A stretch of DNA of 64,000 nucleotides from Pseudonocardiales bacterium. Its GTDB lineage: Bacteria > Actinomycetota > Actinomycetes > Mycobacteriales > Pseudonocardiaceae. Shown in pieces: positions 50,548 to 60,772 of this stretch (the stretch's first letter is position 1; the number at the start of each line of letters is the position of its first letter). The stretch lies in assembly GCA_019241525.1 (NCBI GenBank), contig JAFAWY010000118.1, forward strand, positions 47 to 64,046, read 5' to 3'. The notes under the pieces are model-generated. The model saw only the letters and a program-made list of their open reading frames with translations. It had not been told where the DNA came from and made no database searches. The position numbers were made by a program, and so were the translations under genes.

Positions 50548-51186
50548 TCAAGACCGACGTACGGTACGCAGCCCCGGATGGTCCGCGGGCAGCGTCCGGA
50601 CCAGCACTGTCGCGCTCAGTGCGACGCAGGCGGCGACCAACGGCCAACTCAGCGCCACTCGGGCGATGCCGAGTGCAACGACCGCCCCCACCACCCACAG
50701 TGGCGTGAACACCGCAATCCGGATCAGGTACTGAGCCACCCACACCCAGGAAGCCCGGCTGTATGCGCGCAGCAGGCTCGGATCGTGCCGCCACGTAGCG
50801 CGCTGTCCCAGAGCCGCGCCCACGATCAGCCCGAGCAGTGGCCAGCGGATCAGCACGCTGACCGTCCAGACCAGCGCGCTAGCCACGTTGGACAGCAATT
50901 GAACGAGGAAGAAGTCGGCAGCGCGGCCGGTATAGAGCGCGACCAGCGCCGCCACTGAGACGCCGAGCAACCCCAATAGCGCGGCAAGCGGCCGATGACC
51001 GCGAAACCAGCGCAGTGCGGCCACTGCGACCCCGGTGACCAGGGCGGCTCCTGCTCCCCAGCCCAGCGAGTGACCCGACGCCAGCCAACCCACCACGAAG
51101 GCGACCGGAGGCGCGGTGGCGTCCAGCGCCGCCCGGCGCCCACCGAGCAGTGCGTTCAGCGACTCGGGAGTATCCGGGACCGGCAT
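50548..51186 (-). CDS. DUF3159 domain membrane protein
   Basis: ..LNALLGGRRAALDATAPPVAFVVGW.. N-terminus and 5-6 TM segments typical of DUF3159. Confidence 0.7.
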   Translation of the reverse strand: MPVPDTPESLNALLGGRRAALDATAPPVAFVVGWLASGHSLGWGAGAALVTGVAVAALRWFRGHRPLAALLGLLGVSVAALVALYTGRAADFFLVQLLSNVASALVWTVSVLIRWPLLGLIVGAALGQRATWRHDPSLLRAYSRASWVWVAQYLIRIAVFTPLWVVGAVVALGIARVALSWPLVAACVALSATVLVRTLPADHPGLRTVRRS

Positions 51187-51207
51187 ACCTCCAGAGTGCC
51201 TGATGGA

Positions 51208-51684
51208 CTACTGCGCTCCGGCGGTCGCGTTGGGGTGAACGGCGTCGCGGACCATGTGCAAAGCCGCAGTGAGGGTGTCCAGCTGCTCGGTAGTCAGGCA
51301 ACCGGTGAACCACCGCTCGATCGCGTCCACGGTATCCGGCACATCGGCGGCAAGCCGCTGCTCGCCGGCGTCGGTGAGCACGGCGAAACAACTGCGACGA
51401 TCTGCGGCGCACCGGGTGCGGGAAATGAGTCCGGCGCGTTCCAGCCTATCCACGATCCGGGTGATACCGCTGGTCGACAGGGCAGTTTGGGCGGCGAGGT
51501 CGGTCATGCGCAGCTGGCGCCCTGGCGAACGAGCCAGCCTGATGAGTGCGTCGAAATCGCTACCAGACAGGCCGTGCGCGGCATGCACCGCGTCGAGCCG
51601 CGCAATCAAACCCTGGTAGGCCTCGATGAACAGGCCCATCACCGTCAAGCGTGGGTCGTCGAACCGGTCAGGCGCCATGGCCAC
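51208..51684 (-). CDS. MarR family transcriptional regulator
   Basis: Winged HTH ..LRMTDLAAQTALSTSGITRIVDRLERAGLISRTRCAADRRS... Confidence 0.88.
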   Translation of the reverse strand: MAMAPDRFDDPRLTVMGLFIEAYQGLIARLDAVHAAHGLSGSDFDALIRLARSPGRQLRMTDLAAQTALSTSGITRIVDRLERAGLISRTRCAADRRSCFAVLTDAGEQRLAADVPDTVDAIERWFTGCLTTEQLDTLTAALHMVRDAVHPNATAGAQ

Positions 51685-51784
51685 GACTCTACCGATTACT
51701 TGACATGCGGAACATCCTCATGACAACTTGTTGAGCAGAAAGAATTCCGCGCAGCAAGTAATATGCAGGAAGAGGTGACAGGTC

Positions 51785-52198
51785 ATGAGCTCCCACACCA
51801 CTTCGGCTCCGGCTTCCCCACCCGGTGCTTGGCACCGAGCAGCGAATATCGTCCTATGGATCCTGCAAGCCGTCACCGCGCTTGCCATCCTGGGCGCTGG
51901 CGCCAGCACGGTCATCGGTGCCGCTCAGCCAATGGCCGTCTTCGATGCGATCGGTGCTGGCGACTGGTTCCGGTACCTGACCGGGACGCTTGAGATCGCC
52001 GGAGCGATCGGACTGCTCATCCCGCCACTGGTCGGCCTGGCCGCGCTGGCGTTGGCGGTGCTTTGGCTGGTCGCCATCGGGACGCACCTGTTCCTGATCG
52101 GTGGAAATCCCGCTGCGGCGGTGGCCTTCTTCATCCTCAGTGCGGGAATCTCGTGGGGTCGGCGCGACAGCATCCGGAAGCTGGTGCCCGTCCGGTAA
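51785..52198 (+). CDS. DoxX family membrane protein
   Basis: ..LWILQAVTALAILGAGASTVIG.. plus ..TLEIAGAIGLLIPP... Divergent from MarR. Confidence 0.8.
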   Translation: MSSHTTSAPASPPGAWHRAANIVLWILQAVTALAILGAGASTVIGAAQPMAVFDAIGAGDWFRYLTGTLEIAGAIGLLIPPLVGLAALALAVLWLVAIGTHLFLIGGNPAAAVAFFILSAGISWGRRDSIRKLVPVR

Positions 52199-52325
52199 AG
52201 ATCAACCCGGCAGGCAGGCCGCTGCTGGCAAGCATTCCCTGAGCAGGCGGAACCACAACCCGATTGGGCCCACCGAACGCTACGGTGGGGTAGGTACGCC
52301 TGCCCTACCCATTTTGAGGCCCGCC

Positions 52326-53261
52326 ATGACAGTGACGTCACAGACCTCGGACACCACCCGACTCCTCTACGCCCTCGAGCCGGTGGTCACCGAGAATCTT
52401 GATCGGCATCTGGCTGCTGCCAAGGAATGGATGCCACACGAGTACGTCCCGTGGAGTCTCGGCCGCGACTACGCCGATCTTGGCGGTGCGCCTTGGGATC
52501 CCGAGCAGTCCCGGCTGTCCCCGATTGCCCGTACCGCGCTGGAGGTCAACCTCCTCACCGAGGACAACCTGCCCAGCTACCACCGCGAGATCGGGCGCAC
52601 GTTCGGCCGCCACGGCGCCTGGGGTACCTGGGTGCACCGGTGGACCGCCGAGGAGGGCCGGCATGCGTACTGCATCCGTGACTACCTGCTGGTGACTCGC
52701 GGGGTGGATCCGGAGGAGCTGGAACGGGCCCGGATGCAGGTCATGCAGACTGGCTACGACACTCAGGAAGCGCCGCTGCTACGCGTCCTGGCCTACGTCT
52801 CTTTCCAGGAGCTTGCCACTCGCATCTCGCATCGCAACACCGGACGCCATGCCGGAGACCCGATCGCCGAACGGCTCCTGCTGCGGGTGTCCACCGACGA
52901 GAACCTGCACATGGTCTTCTACCGCAACCTGGTCAAGGCTGCGCTGGAAATCTGCCCGGGAGCCGCCCTGCGCGCGATCACCGACGAGGTGGTCGGGTTC
53001 GCCATGCCGGGCATCGTCATCCCCGGTTTCGCCCGGAAAGCCGCGCAGATCGCCAAGGCCGGCATTTATGACCTACGTATCCATCACGATGAAGTCATCT
53101 TGCCGCTGCTGCGCCACTGGGCGGTGTTCGATCTGGAGAACCTCGACGCTGAAGGTGAGAAGGCCCGCGCCGAGTTGGCCGAGTTCCTCGTCCAGCTCGA
53201 TCGCCAGGCCAGCCGGTTCGAGCAGCGACGCGCGCAGGCGCGCGCCCTGGAGCAACCCTGA
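52326..53261 (+). CDS. acyl-ACP desaturase (DesA-type di-iron)
   Basis: ..LLTEDNLPSYH.., ..WTAEEGRH.. and ..STDENLH.. iron-binding motifs. ATG 52326; the track extension is rejected. Confidence 0.9.
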   Translation: MTVTSQTSDTTRLLYALEPVVTENLDRHLAAAKEWMPHEYVPWSLGRDYADLGGAPWDPEQSRLSPIARTALEVNLLTEDNLPSYHREIGRTFGRHGAWGTWVHRWTAEEGRHAYCIRDYLLVTRGVDPEELERARMQVMQTGYDTQEAPLLRVLAYVSFQELATRISHRNTGRHAGDPIAERLLLRVSTDENLHMVFYRNLVKAALEICPGAALRAITDEVVGFAMPGIVIPGFARKAAQIAKAGIYDLRIHHDEVILPLLRHWAVFDLENLDAEGEKARAELAEFLVQLDRQASRFEQRRAQARALEQP

Positions 53262-53282
53262 CACAGCTCGGTAGTAGCAGCC

Positions 53283-54041
53283 CTAACTGCGGGTCGCACG
53301 ACGCCAGGCACGTTCCAGCTGCTCCTGCGCATCCAGTTCAGCGGCCTGGGCCGGCGTAGGAGCCGTCCCGCCCAGGTGCGCCGGCATCCACCAGGGATTG
53401 GGATCGTCCGGCACCGGATAGCGCGCGCGTGTGGCATCGAGCAAGCCGTTCATCACCTCGACGAGTTGGGCATCAGCGGCCGCGCCGCGGCCAGGCTGCA
53501 GCGGTGGACCAATGGTGATGCTGATCGGGATATGCCGGGCAGCAGAGATACTGGGCCGGCGGTCTTTTGTCCACACCCGCTGGCTGCCCCAGAGCGTCAC
53601 GGGAATCACCGGGACGCGCGCCATCAGTGCTATCCGATTTGCGCCGGACTTGAAGTCTTTGAGGCAGAAGCTCCGGCTGATCGTTGCTTCCGGGAAGATC
53701 CCCACCAGTTCCCCTGCACGAAGCGCCGCCACCGCGTTCCGGAAGGCGGAAGCTCCGGCGGCGCGATCAACCGGGATGTGGTGCATGGCGCGCATCAACG
53801 GTCCAGCCACCCGGTGCCGGAACACCTCTTGCTTGGCCATGAAACGCACCAACCGCCTGTGCTCTTGCCAGAACGGGATACCAGCCAGCGCGAAATCCAG
53901 AAAACCGGTGTGGTTGATCACCACCACCCCACCACCTGTCGCCGGGATGTGCTCCTGTCCCGCAATGTCGAAACGCAGGTCCAGTGCCCGGAACAGGGCC
54001 GTCACGACATGTGCCACGCAGCGGTAGACCCGATCAGCCAC
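53283..54041 (-). CDS. 1-acyl-sn-glycerol-3-phosphate (lysophospholipid) acyltransferase
   Basis: NHTGFLD (HxxxxD) and GIFPEAT motifs. Confidence 0.88.
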   Translation of the reverse strand: MADRVYRCVAHVVTALFRALDLRFDIAGQEHIPATGGGVVVINHTGFLDFALAGIPFWQEHRRLVRFMAKQEVFRHRVAGPLMRAMHHIPVDRAAGASAFRNAVAALRAGELVGIFPEATISRSFCLKDFKSGANRIALMARVPVIPVTLWGSQRVWTKDRRPSISAARHIPISITIGPPLQPGRGAAADAQLVEVMNGLLDATRARYPVPDDPNPWWMPAHLGGTAPTPAQAAELDAQEQLERAWRRATRS

Positions 54042-54121
54042 CGGCTCACGCTACCGGCCCAGGGCCCACCGTCAGCATCGATCGCATCGATATGAAGGCC
54101 GTGTCGGTGGTGATCTGGTGA

Positions 54122-54931
54122 CTAAGCGGCAGCAGGTTGCCCGGTCGCCGCCCTGAACAAGCCACAACCAAGGACAAAGGTCGCCGCCGCGGTGATCAGG
54201 TGCACGACATTGTCTGCTGATGCCCCGCTGGGGATGGACAGCACGGAGAACAACCCCAGCCAGCCCAACACGGTGGCGAGCAGGAACGTGGTGCCGATGG
54301 CAACGTTCATCCCCTCAGTGCCCGCCGGGGTGAGCGCGAATGCCGCCAGCAGCCAGAACACCCCCAGAGCGAGGTGCACGACGTTGTGGAACGGGTTCAC
54401 CATGAAGATGCCGAACAGTGCGTGATTGGTCATCTCAGTGACGTTGTTGAAACCTGTGACGAAAAATCCGAGGATTCCCCCCACGAGGTAGATGCTGCCC
54501 GCGACCAGCGAATATCTCTGCTCGGGTGTTGTCGGTGCGCTGCTGGCCCGCAACTTGATCCCGAACTTGTCCTCCGGAGTCACCCTGGACATATCCGGCA
54601 TATCCAGCCCTGCTGAGATGGTCCTGGTGTTAACAGCTGCTGTCGCCTGCTGCGCCTGGCGCACCTGGGACGTCCAGCTGGTCCAGATCAGCTGCGGCAC
54701 CGATCTGCGGTAGCTGCGCAGGTAACGGCGCCGTTCACCGGCATCTGTGGTCTCCGCAAGGCACGAGGTCATCTCTGCCCACCACGCCATGCCTTCCTCA
54801 CGGGGCAGCAAGCCGGGGACCCATCCCAGCGAGCTGGGGCCAGCGGCGGGACCTGCGGTAAGAGGCGCGCGGCGACGGCTGTCGAGCGCCGTGCTGCCGT
54901 CCCTGTCGACGACTGCTCGCTGGCCGCTCAT
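54122..54931 (-). CDS. DUF4383 membrane protein with about 130-aa N-terminal extension
   Basis: The C-terminal 140 aa (..YLVGGILGFFVTGF..NPFHNVVHLALGVFWL..) match DUF4383. The ATG overlaps the PadR stop (ATGA at 54928-54931). Confidence 0.65.
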   Translation of the reverse strand: MSGQRAVVDRDGSTALDSRRRAPLTAGPAAGPSSLGWVPGLLPREEGMAWWAEMTSCLAETTDAGERRRYLRSYRRSVPQLIWTSWTSQVRQAQQATAAVNTRTISAGLDMPDMSRVTPEDKFGIKLRASSAPTTPEQRYSLVAGSIYLVGGILGFFVTGFNNVTEMTNHALFGIFMVNPFHNVVHLALGVFWLLAAFALTPAGTEGMNVAIGTTFLLATVLGWLGLFSVLSIPSGASADNVVHLITAAATFVLGCGLFRAATGQPAAA

Positions 54932-55311
54932 GCCGGCCCTCCCTCGGTCGTGGTAACTGCTGATGGGCTGGGAGGCGCGAGCAATCGGCTCAGACCGCTG
55001 CGATCCCGACCGCGTTGCAGGGCGTGAACGGCGCGAGCCCGGCCTTCCGTGGTCAGACGGTAGTAACGGCGCGGCGGCCTACCCTCGTCACGCGCCGGTT
55101 CGGGGTCCTCCCATCGGTCGCTAACCCATCCGGCGGCGCGCAACCGTTGCAGGATTGGGTAGATAGTTCCCGGCTCAAGCCCGCTCGCGCGCACGATCTC
55201 CAACCCGTACAGCTCGGCGTCAGGCCGCTCTAGCAGCGCCCCCAGCACCGCAAGAACACCCACGGTCATCCGCAAACCCGCCATAATCTTAACTCTACAT
55301 AGCCGGTCCAC
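54928..55311 (-). CDS. PadR family transcriptional regulator
   Basis: ..LYGLEIVRASGLEPGTIYPILQRLRAAGWVSDRWE..RRYYRLTTEGR... Confidence 0.88.
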   Translation of the reverse strand: MDRLCRVKIMAGLRMTVGVLAVLGALLERPDAELYGLEIVRASGLEPGTIYPILQRLRAAGWVSDRWEDPEPARDEGRPPRRYYRLTTEGRARAVHALQRGRDRSGLSRLLAPPSPSAVTTTEGGPA

Positions 55312-55388
55312 CCACCCCCGATAGGAGATATCTAGGAGTAAAAGGGTCGTTTATCCCGACATCTCCATCTCGGGATCACTGCACCGGC

Positions 55389-55829
55389 TCAGCGCCGCTT
55401 CGTGGTGATGCGCGCAAGCAAGATGGCTGCGGAGAGCACGAACAGTGCTGCGGTCACGGCCAGCCAGTGGGGTAGGAACGGTTGATCCGGTAGCCCGGAG
55501 GCGGCGCGGAATTCCGTGGGTAAGCGCAGGATCAGCGGGGACCACACCAACAGCAGCAGTCCGGACACCACCACCGGTACCCGCAGGTAGTTCATCCACG
55601 GCACGCCGCCGACGGCGGCCCACGCGGGATGGCGGCGCAGCAGCAGAACCAGCAGCGCGTCCAAGCCGGCATATAGTGGGAACAGCACCAGGTCATGGCC
55701 GATGGCACTGCCGACAAACCAGGCACCGACGCCGACCGGATCGCCGGCCAGCAACCGGACCGCGGCGTAGCCGGCCACGATGAAGCTGGCCAGCAAGGCG
55801 ACTGTCTGGAGGGATTCGCGCCGGGTCAT
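55389..55829 (-). CDS. hypothetical membrane protein
   Basis: MTRRESLQTVALLASFIVAGYAAV..; 4 TM segments. The start is chosen to avoid overlap with the upstream gene. Confidence 0.55.
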   Translation of the reverse strand: MTRRESLQTVALLASFIVAGYAAVRLLAGDPVGVGAWFVGSAIGHDLVLFPLYAGLDALLVLLLRRHPAWAAVGGVPWMNYLRVPVVVSGLLLLVWSPLILRLPTEFRAASGLPDQPFLPHWLAVTAALFVLSAAILLARITTKRR

Positions 55830-55834
55830 GGGGC

Positions 55835-57127
55835 TCAGCCGACCGAGAAGGTCAGGCGGGTGACCCACTTGATGTTGTGAACCCCAGGCAGGGCCGGCAC
55901 CACGATCCGGGCTGGGAAGCCATGATCGAGGGATAAGTCAGCGCCGTTGACCTGCAGCGCGAGCAGCGCATCGGGGGTGCGCACCTGCCCAGGTGACAGG
56001 GTGGCCGTGCTGAAACCACCGCGCTGGAGTGATTCGACGAACAACCGGTCGGTGCGCGCCGCGCCGACGAGATCAGCCAGGTCGGCCAGGGGTACCCCGG
56101 TCCAGGTCTGGATGCCGGTCGACCAGCCCTCCACACAGGCGATCGGCAGCCGGGCGGTGTGCTGCGGCAGCGCAAGCAACTCCGCACGCGACAACGATCT
56201 CGACACCGCGCCGCGCAGCTGCAGCCGCCACGAGTCATCGACAGGGACGATGCCGGCCATCGCAGCGGTCTTGTTCACCTGGAAGTCATTGGGGCCCATG
56301 CCGAGCTCCCGGCCGCGCGGGGCGAGCAGGGCCGTCGACCGTGCCCTCCCACCGATGGTCTGACCCACGGTGAGCCCCAACAGAGCCAGCGAGCTGAGCG
56401 CCACCATGCCCAGCGCACCGCGCCGGGAAATGGTGGGTGGGGCCGGATCCGGTGACACCAGATGATCGGGATCGGGAGGTTCCGGGCGGGTGGCCGACAG
56501 CGGGGTCCGCAGCTCCCGGATCAAGCTCCGGGACCGTAACGCGGTGACCAGGCGGCCTACCCGGAATGCCACGTGCACCACGAACGCGGCGATGAATACC
56601 CAAGCCCCGTAGTAGTGCGCCTGGTAGAACACGACCGGCCAGGCGTAGTAGTACTGGATGTTCATCACGCCGGTGACCAGCTCGAAAACCGCACCACCAA
56701 CCAGCAACAGCAGCGACGCGCGGTCCAGCAGGTGGGTCAGCGAGCGCGCCGGCGGCCACTCGAACAGCTTGGGCAACACCGACCACAGCTTGGCCAGCAC
56801 GATCGGGATGAGCACCAAGCCCAGGGTGACGTGCACGCCCTGGGTCACCCAGTACAGCCACCACGGCCCAGCCGGCCACGTCGGCAGCCACGACCCGAGC
56901 AACCCCTTATCCGGTGTGGTGTCGTTGCCGCGCGCGAGGTTCGGATCGTAAGCGGCGTACGAGGCCAGGCCGGTGAGGAACATCAGCGTGATGCCTGGCA
57001 ACAACGCCACGCTCAGCACCGAGGTCAACCACGGGCCGCGCAACGGGCTACGCCAGAACCGCGCCCGGAACGGGCCCGGCGGGGGATTCTCAGCCACCCA
57101 ACGGACCCACCGACCCAGCACGGTCAC
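55835..57127 (-). CDS. molybdopterin-dependent oxidoreductase (sulfite-oxidase/MsrP fold) fused to N-terminal polytopic membrane domain
   Basis: ..LPIACVEGWSTGIQTWTGVPLADL.. and ..DHGFPARIVVPALPGVHNIKWVTRLTF. Confidence 0.8.
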   Translation of the reverse strand: MTVLGRWVRWVAENPPPGPFRARFWRSPLRGPWLTSVLSVALLPGITLMFLTGLASYAAYDPNLARGNDTTPDKGLLGSWLPTWPAGPWWLYWVTQGVHVTLGLVLIPIVLAKLWSVLPKLFEWPPARSLTHLLDRASLLLLVGGAVFELVTGVMNIQYYYAWPVVFYQAHYYGAWVFIAAFVVHVAFRVGRLVTALRSRSLIRELRTPLSATRPEPPDPDHLVSPDPAPPTISRRGALGMVALSSLALLGLTVGQTIGGRARSTALLAPRGRELGMGPNDFQVNKTAAMAGIVPVDDSWRLQLRGAVSRSLSRAELLALPQHTARLPIACVEGWSTGIQTWTGVPLADLADLVGAARTDRLFVESLQRGGFSTATLSPGQVRTPDALLALQVNGADLSLDHGFPARIVVPALPGVHNIKWVTRLTFSVG

Positions 57128-57136
57128 GCTCTCACG

Positions 57137-57847
57137 CTAGTCGCCGAGCAATCGGCAGTGGGCGTCCGGCGCGACCAAACCGGCCGTGACCGCGGCGGCA
57201 AACCGGCCACCGGGCACGCCCCGGGCCACCGCGACGGCGTCCTCCCAGGTGTCGACGTCCGATAACTCGGGCAACTGCACCACCTGGCATCCAGCGGTTT
57301 GCAGCGCAGCCAGTGTCCGCAGCCCGGTGTCCGAGCGCGACGTGGGGATGCCGGCGATCAGCTCGGCCAGCTCAGAGCGCTGTACGCCCAGCACCCACCA
57401 GCCACCATCGGAGGCCATTCCCAGCGCGGCATCAGCACCGTCGAGCAGGTCAAGGCAGTGGCTGAGCAGTCCCGCGTCGGCTTGCGGGGTGTCCATCCCG
57501 ATCTGCAACACCGGGCACGGCCCGGCGACCGCGGCGGCATCGACGTGGGCAGCGGCGATCCGCTGCCCCAGCGTCGTCCCACGCTGCGGCACGACCGTGG
57601 TGGCACGAAGCCGCGCGCTCAGTGCGTCGCCACCGACCGCCCGGGAAAGGTCACCGGTGAGCGCCACCACCGGCGTCACGTCCGGCACCGCGAGCACGGC
57701 ATCCAGGGTGTCCAGGAAGGCCGCCGCGGCAATCCGGGCCGCCTGGTCGGGAGTGGCGGGCGGGCACAGCCGGGTCTTGACTTCCCCCGGCACCGGCGCC
57801 TTGGCCAGGACCAGCAACACCGCACGAATCTCCCCCACCATCCCCAC
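57137..57847 (-). CDS. DUF2064 (TIGR04282-type glycosyltransferase-like) protein
   Basis: LVLAKAPVPGEVKTRLCPPATPDQAARIAAAAFLDTLDAV.. and ..IGMDTPQ..DGGWWVLG... Confidence 0.75.
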   Translation of the reverse strand: MGMVGEIRAVLLVLAKAPVPGEVKTRLCPPATPDQAARIAAAAFLDTLDAVLAVPDVTPVVALTGDLSRAVGGDALSARLRATTVVPQRGTTLGQRIAAAHVDAAAVAGPCPVLQIGMDTPQADAGLLSHCLDLLDGADAALGMASDGGWWVLGVQRSELAELIAGIPTSRSDTGLRTLAALQTAGCQVVQLPELSDVDTWEDAVAVARGVPGGRFAAAVTAGLVAPDAHCRLLGD

Positions 57848-57893
57848 ATCTTGTCTTACTTCCCGCTCCGGATGACCCGCCCTTTCAGCGTGC

Positions 57894-58445
57894 TCAATGC
57901 GGGCCGTAGGCGCGGAGGATGGCGTCGGTCAGGTCGGCGGGAGACAGTGCAAGATCCAGGGTGATGCCCAGTTCGTCCGGGGCTAACGGCTCCAAGGCGG
58001 CGTACTGGGAAGCCAGCAGCTGCGGGGACATGAAATGACCACGTCGCACGGCGAGACGCTTGGCAACCACCTCGTACGGTCCAGCCAGGTGCACCATGCG
58101 AACACCCGGACCCGCGCTGCGCAACACATCCCGGTAAGCACGCCGCAGCGCCGAGCAACTCACCACGGCAGATTCACCCCGGGCGGCCCGCTGGCCCAGC
58201 CAGGAGGCGATCGCCGCCAGCCAGGGCGCGCGCAACCGGTCATCGAGGGGGTATCCGGCAGCCATCCGGGCAATGCTGGCCGAAGGGTGGAAGTCATCAC
58301 CTTCGGCGAATGCCCATCCGGTACGGCTGGCGATCAGGGAGGCGACGGTGCTCTTCCCGCAACCGGTCACACCCATCACGACGAGCTGGATCGGGTGATC
58401 CCCCACTCGATCCTCCCGTGGAGGGAGGTGCTCGCACTTCACCAC
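57894..58445 (-). CDS. gluconokinase (GntK-type P-loop kinase)
   Basis: [36 protein letters not shown]-type pattern. The start may be internal. Confidence 0.8.
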   Translation of the reverse strand: MVKCEHLPPREDRVGDHPIQLVVMGVTGCGKSTVASLIASRTGWAFAEGDDFHPSASIARMAAGYPLDDRLRAPWLAAIASWLGQRAARGESAVVSCSALRRAYRDVLRSAGPGVRMVHLAGPYEVVAKRLAVRRGHFMSPQLLASQYAALEPLAPDELGITLDLALSPADLTDAILRAYGPH

Positions 58446-58460
58446 TCCTATCGTGCCTTT

Positions 58461-59510
58461 ATGGCAACTGCGAGCGTGTCCTCAGAGAAGGCCCCTGCTG
58501 TCCGGCCTGCGCCCGACCGTAACCTCGCGCTGGATCTCCTGCGCGTGACCGAGGCTGCCGCGATGGCGGCGGGCCGGTGGGTCGGCCGGCGCGACAAGGA
58601 CGGCGCCGACGCCGCCGCGGTGGCGGCGATGCGGGCCATGATGGGTACCGTCACGATGGATGGCGTCGTCGTCATCGGTGAGGGTGAGAAGGACGACGCG
58701 CCCATGCTGTACAACGGCGAACGGGTCGGCGCCGGCACCGGGACGCCGTGCGATGTGGCCGTCGATCCGATCGATGGCACCACGCTGACATCCAAGGGCA
58801 TGGGCAACGCGGTGTCGGTGTTGGCGGTTGCACCGCGGGGCGCCATGTACGACCCGTCGGCTGTGTTCTACATGGACAAGCTGGTCGCCGCGTCCGACGC
58901 GGTTGGCGTGGTCGACATCCGGCAGTCCCCGGAGGACAACATCACCGCTCTGACCCGGGTGCGGGATTGCACGCCTGAGGACATCACGGTCTGCATGCTG
59001 GACCGGCCCCGACATGACGAGCTTGCTCAACGGGTGATCAAGACGGGGGCGCGGATCAAGTTCATCACCGATGGTGACGTCGCTGCCGCAGTGCAGGCGG
59101 CAACCATCGACTCGGGAGTCGACCTCATGCTGGGCATCGGCGGCACCCCGGAAGGCGTGATCACCGCCTGCGCGATCCAATGTCTCGGTGGCGTGCTGCA
59201 GGGGCGCCTGCATCCCCGTAGCGACGAGGAGAGACGGCGCGCTGACGAAGCGCAGCTCGATCTCGAAGCGGTGCTCACGGAAAACGATCTTGTCAAGGGC
59301 AACGACTCGTTCTTCGTGATGACCGGCATCACCGACGGTGAGTTACTGCATGGCGTGCGCTACGGGCGTAACCGGGCCATCACCGAGTCGCTGGTCATGC
59401 GTTCGCGAAGCGGCACCGTGCGGCAGGTTCGCAGCACCCACCATCTGGACCGGCTGGATCTCTACAGCATCGTGGACTACCGGCACGCGGGTGGCGGGAA
59501 GGGCTCTTAA
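58461..59510 (+). CDS. glpX: class II fructose-1,6-bisphosphatase GlpX
   Basis: ..[54 protein letters not shown]... ATG 58461. Confidence 0.95.
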   Translation: MATASVSSEKAPAVRPAPDRNLALDLLRVTEAAAMAAGRWVGRRDKDGADAAAVAAMRAMMGTVTMDGVVVIGEGEKDDAPMLYNGERVGAGTGTPCDVAVDPIDGTTLTSKGMGNAVSVLAVAPRGAMYDPSAVFYMDKLVAASDAVGVVDIRQSPEDNITALTRVRDCTPEDITVCMLDRPRHDELAQRVIKTGARIKFITDGDVAAAVQAATIDSGVDLMLGIGGTPEGVITACAIQCLGGVLQGRLHPRSDEERRRADEAQLDLEAVLTENDLVKGNDSFFVMTGITDGELLHGVRYGRNRAITESLVMRSRSGTVRQVRSTHHLDRLDLYSIVDYRHAGGGKGS

Positions 59511-59731
59511 CGCTTCTTGCGGCGGTGGGTGGTGTCCCCGCCTTCGACCGCCGGATGCCGCACGTGCCAGCCGCGCTCGTACGGGCACCGGAAACGTTGT
59601 AGCCGGCGACCAGATGCCGCAACCAGGCAGTTGGCCGCCGTCACCGTCAGGATGGCCCGGTGATCGCAGCACGGACACCGGGGTGCCATGCTGTACTGCA
59701 GACCAATCACCCCGGCAGCGTAACTCCTCAC
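59507..59731 (-). CDS. small zinc-ribbon-like protein (74 aa)
   Basis: GTG start overlaps the aldo/keto reductase TGA (GTGA). Very high GC3. RCPCCDH...FRCPYERG Cys pattern and a basic tail. Confidence 0.5.
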   Translation of the reverse strand: MRSYAAGVIGLQYSMAPRCPCCDHRAILTVTAANCLVAASGRRLQRFRCPYERGWHVRHPAVEGGDTTHRRKKR

Positions 59732-60759
59732 GGAGCGGAAGCGGTGCGGCCTATCACCTGCCTGCCGGCCTCGCCGTACACCCAGGATGCGGTGTCCGCA
59801 AGAAATGCCGTCGGGTAGCCCAGGTCGATGGCGGTGTCCCGATCCAGCCGGTCACGCAGCGCCGCCGGCAGCTCGACGGCTAGTGCGCCGAGGTTGTCGA
59901 CGAGCTGGTCAAGCCGGCGTGCCCCGACGATCGGATGCAACGCAGGAGCCCGGGTAAGGATCCAGGCAATGGCGACCTGGGCCGGGCTGGCGCCGAGTTC
60001 GGTGGCGACCTCGCTGACCAGGGTCGACACTGCGCGTTCCCGATCCCCGATCGTCTCGGCAGCGATCCGGGTCGGTCCGGCGGGCGGTGCGCCGGAGGTG
60101 AACTTGCCGGACAGCACACCACCGGCCAGCGGCCCCCAGGCGGCGACGCTGAGGCCGGACGCCGCGGCCATCGGTAGCAGTTCCCGCTCGATGTCGCGCA
60201 CCAGCAGGCTGTACGGCACCTGCAGCCCGACGAACGAGCTCCATCCCCGCAGCTCGGTGAGGGTGTTCGCGCGGGACACCACCCAGGCTGGTGCGTTGGA
60301 GATCCCGATGTAGAGGATCTTGCCGGCGCGGACCTGGTCGTCCAGCGCCTGCATGGTCTCCTCGATGGGGGTGTGCTGGTCCCAGAGGTGCACCCAGTAG
60401 ACGTCGATGTAATCGGTACGCAGCCGGCGCAGGCTGGTCTCCAGCGAGTGCCGCAGGTTCTTGCGGTGACTACCGGCGGCGTTGGGATCGGTCCCCTCGC
60501 GGGTGATGGTGTACTTGGTGGCCAGCACGAACCGGTCCCGGCGTCCAGCGAGAAGCTGGCCGAGGATTTCCTCGCTCGCACCGCCCCCGTAGTTCACCGC
60601 CGTGTCGATGACGTTGCCGCCGGCGTCGGCGTAGACGTCGAGCATCCGGGCGCACTCCTCCACCGGCGCACCGGCGCCATCGGGCTCGCCGAAGGTCATC
60701 GCGCCCAGGAACAGTTGCGCCACCCGCAACCCGCTGGTTCCTAGCGGCCGGTATCGCAT
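59728..60759 (-). CDS. aldo/keto reductase
   Basis: MRYRPLGTSGLRVAQLFLGAMTFG.. and ..IDVYWVHLWD.., ..GISNAPAW... Confidence 0.92.
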   Translation of the reverse strand: MRYRPLGTSGLRVAQLFLGAMTFGEPDGAGAPVEECARMLDVYADAGGNVIDTAVNYGGGASEEILGQLLAGRRDRFVLATKYTITREGTDPNAAGSHRKNLRHSLETSLRRLRTDYIDVYWVHLWDQHTPIEETMQALDDQVRAGKILYIGISNAPAWVVSRANTLTELRGWSSFVGLQVPYSLLVRDIERELLPMAAASGLSVAAWGPLAGGVLSGKFTSGAPPAGPTRIAAETIGDRERAVSTLVSEVATELGASPAQVAIAWILTRAPALHPIVGARRLDQLVDNLGALAVELPAALRDRLDRDTAIDLGYPTAFLADTASWVYGEAGRQVIGRTASAP

Positions 60760-60772
60760 CGCCGTCCTGACA

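Noticed and set aside
51685-51784. Imperfect inverted repeats (TTGACATG..CATGACAA; ACTTGTTGAGC..GCAGCAAGT) in the MarR-DoxX divergent spacer as a MarR operator
   Set aside because: Plausible, but the repeats are short and imperfect (7 of 8 and 7 of 9). I cannot separate them from chance without a family motif or experimental data, so they are not listed as a feature.
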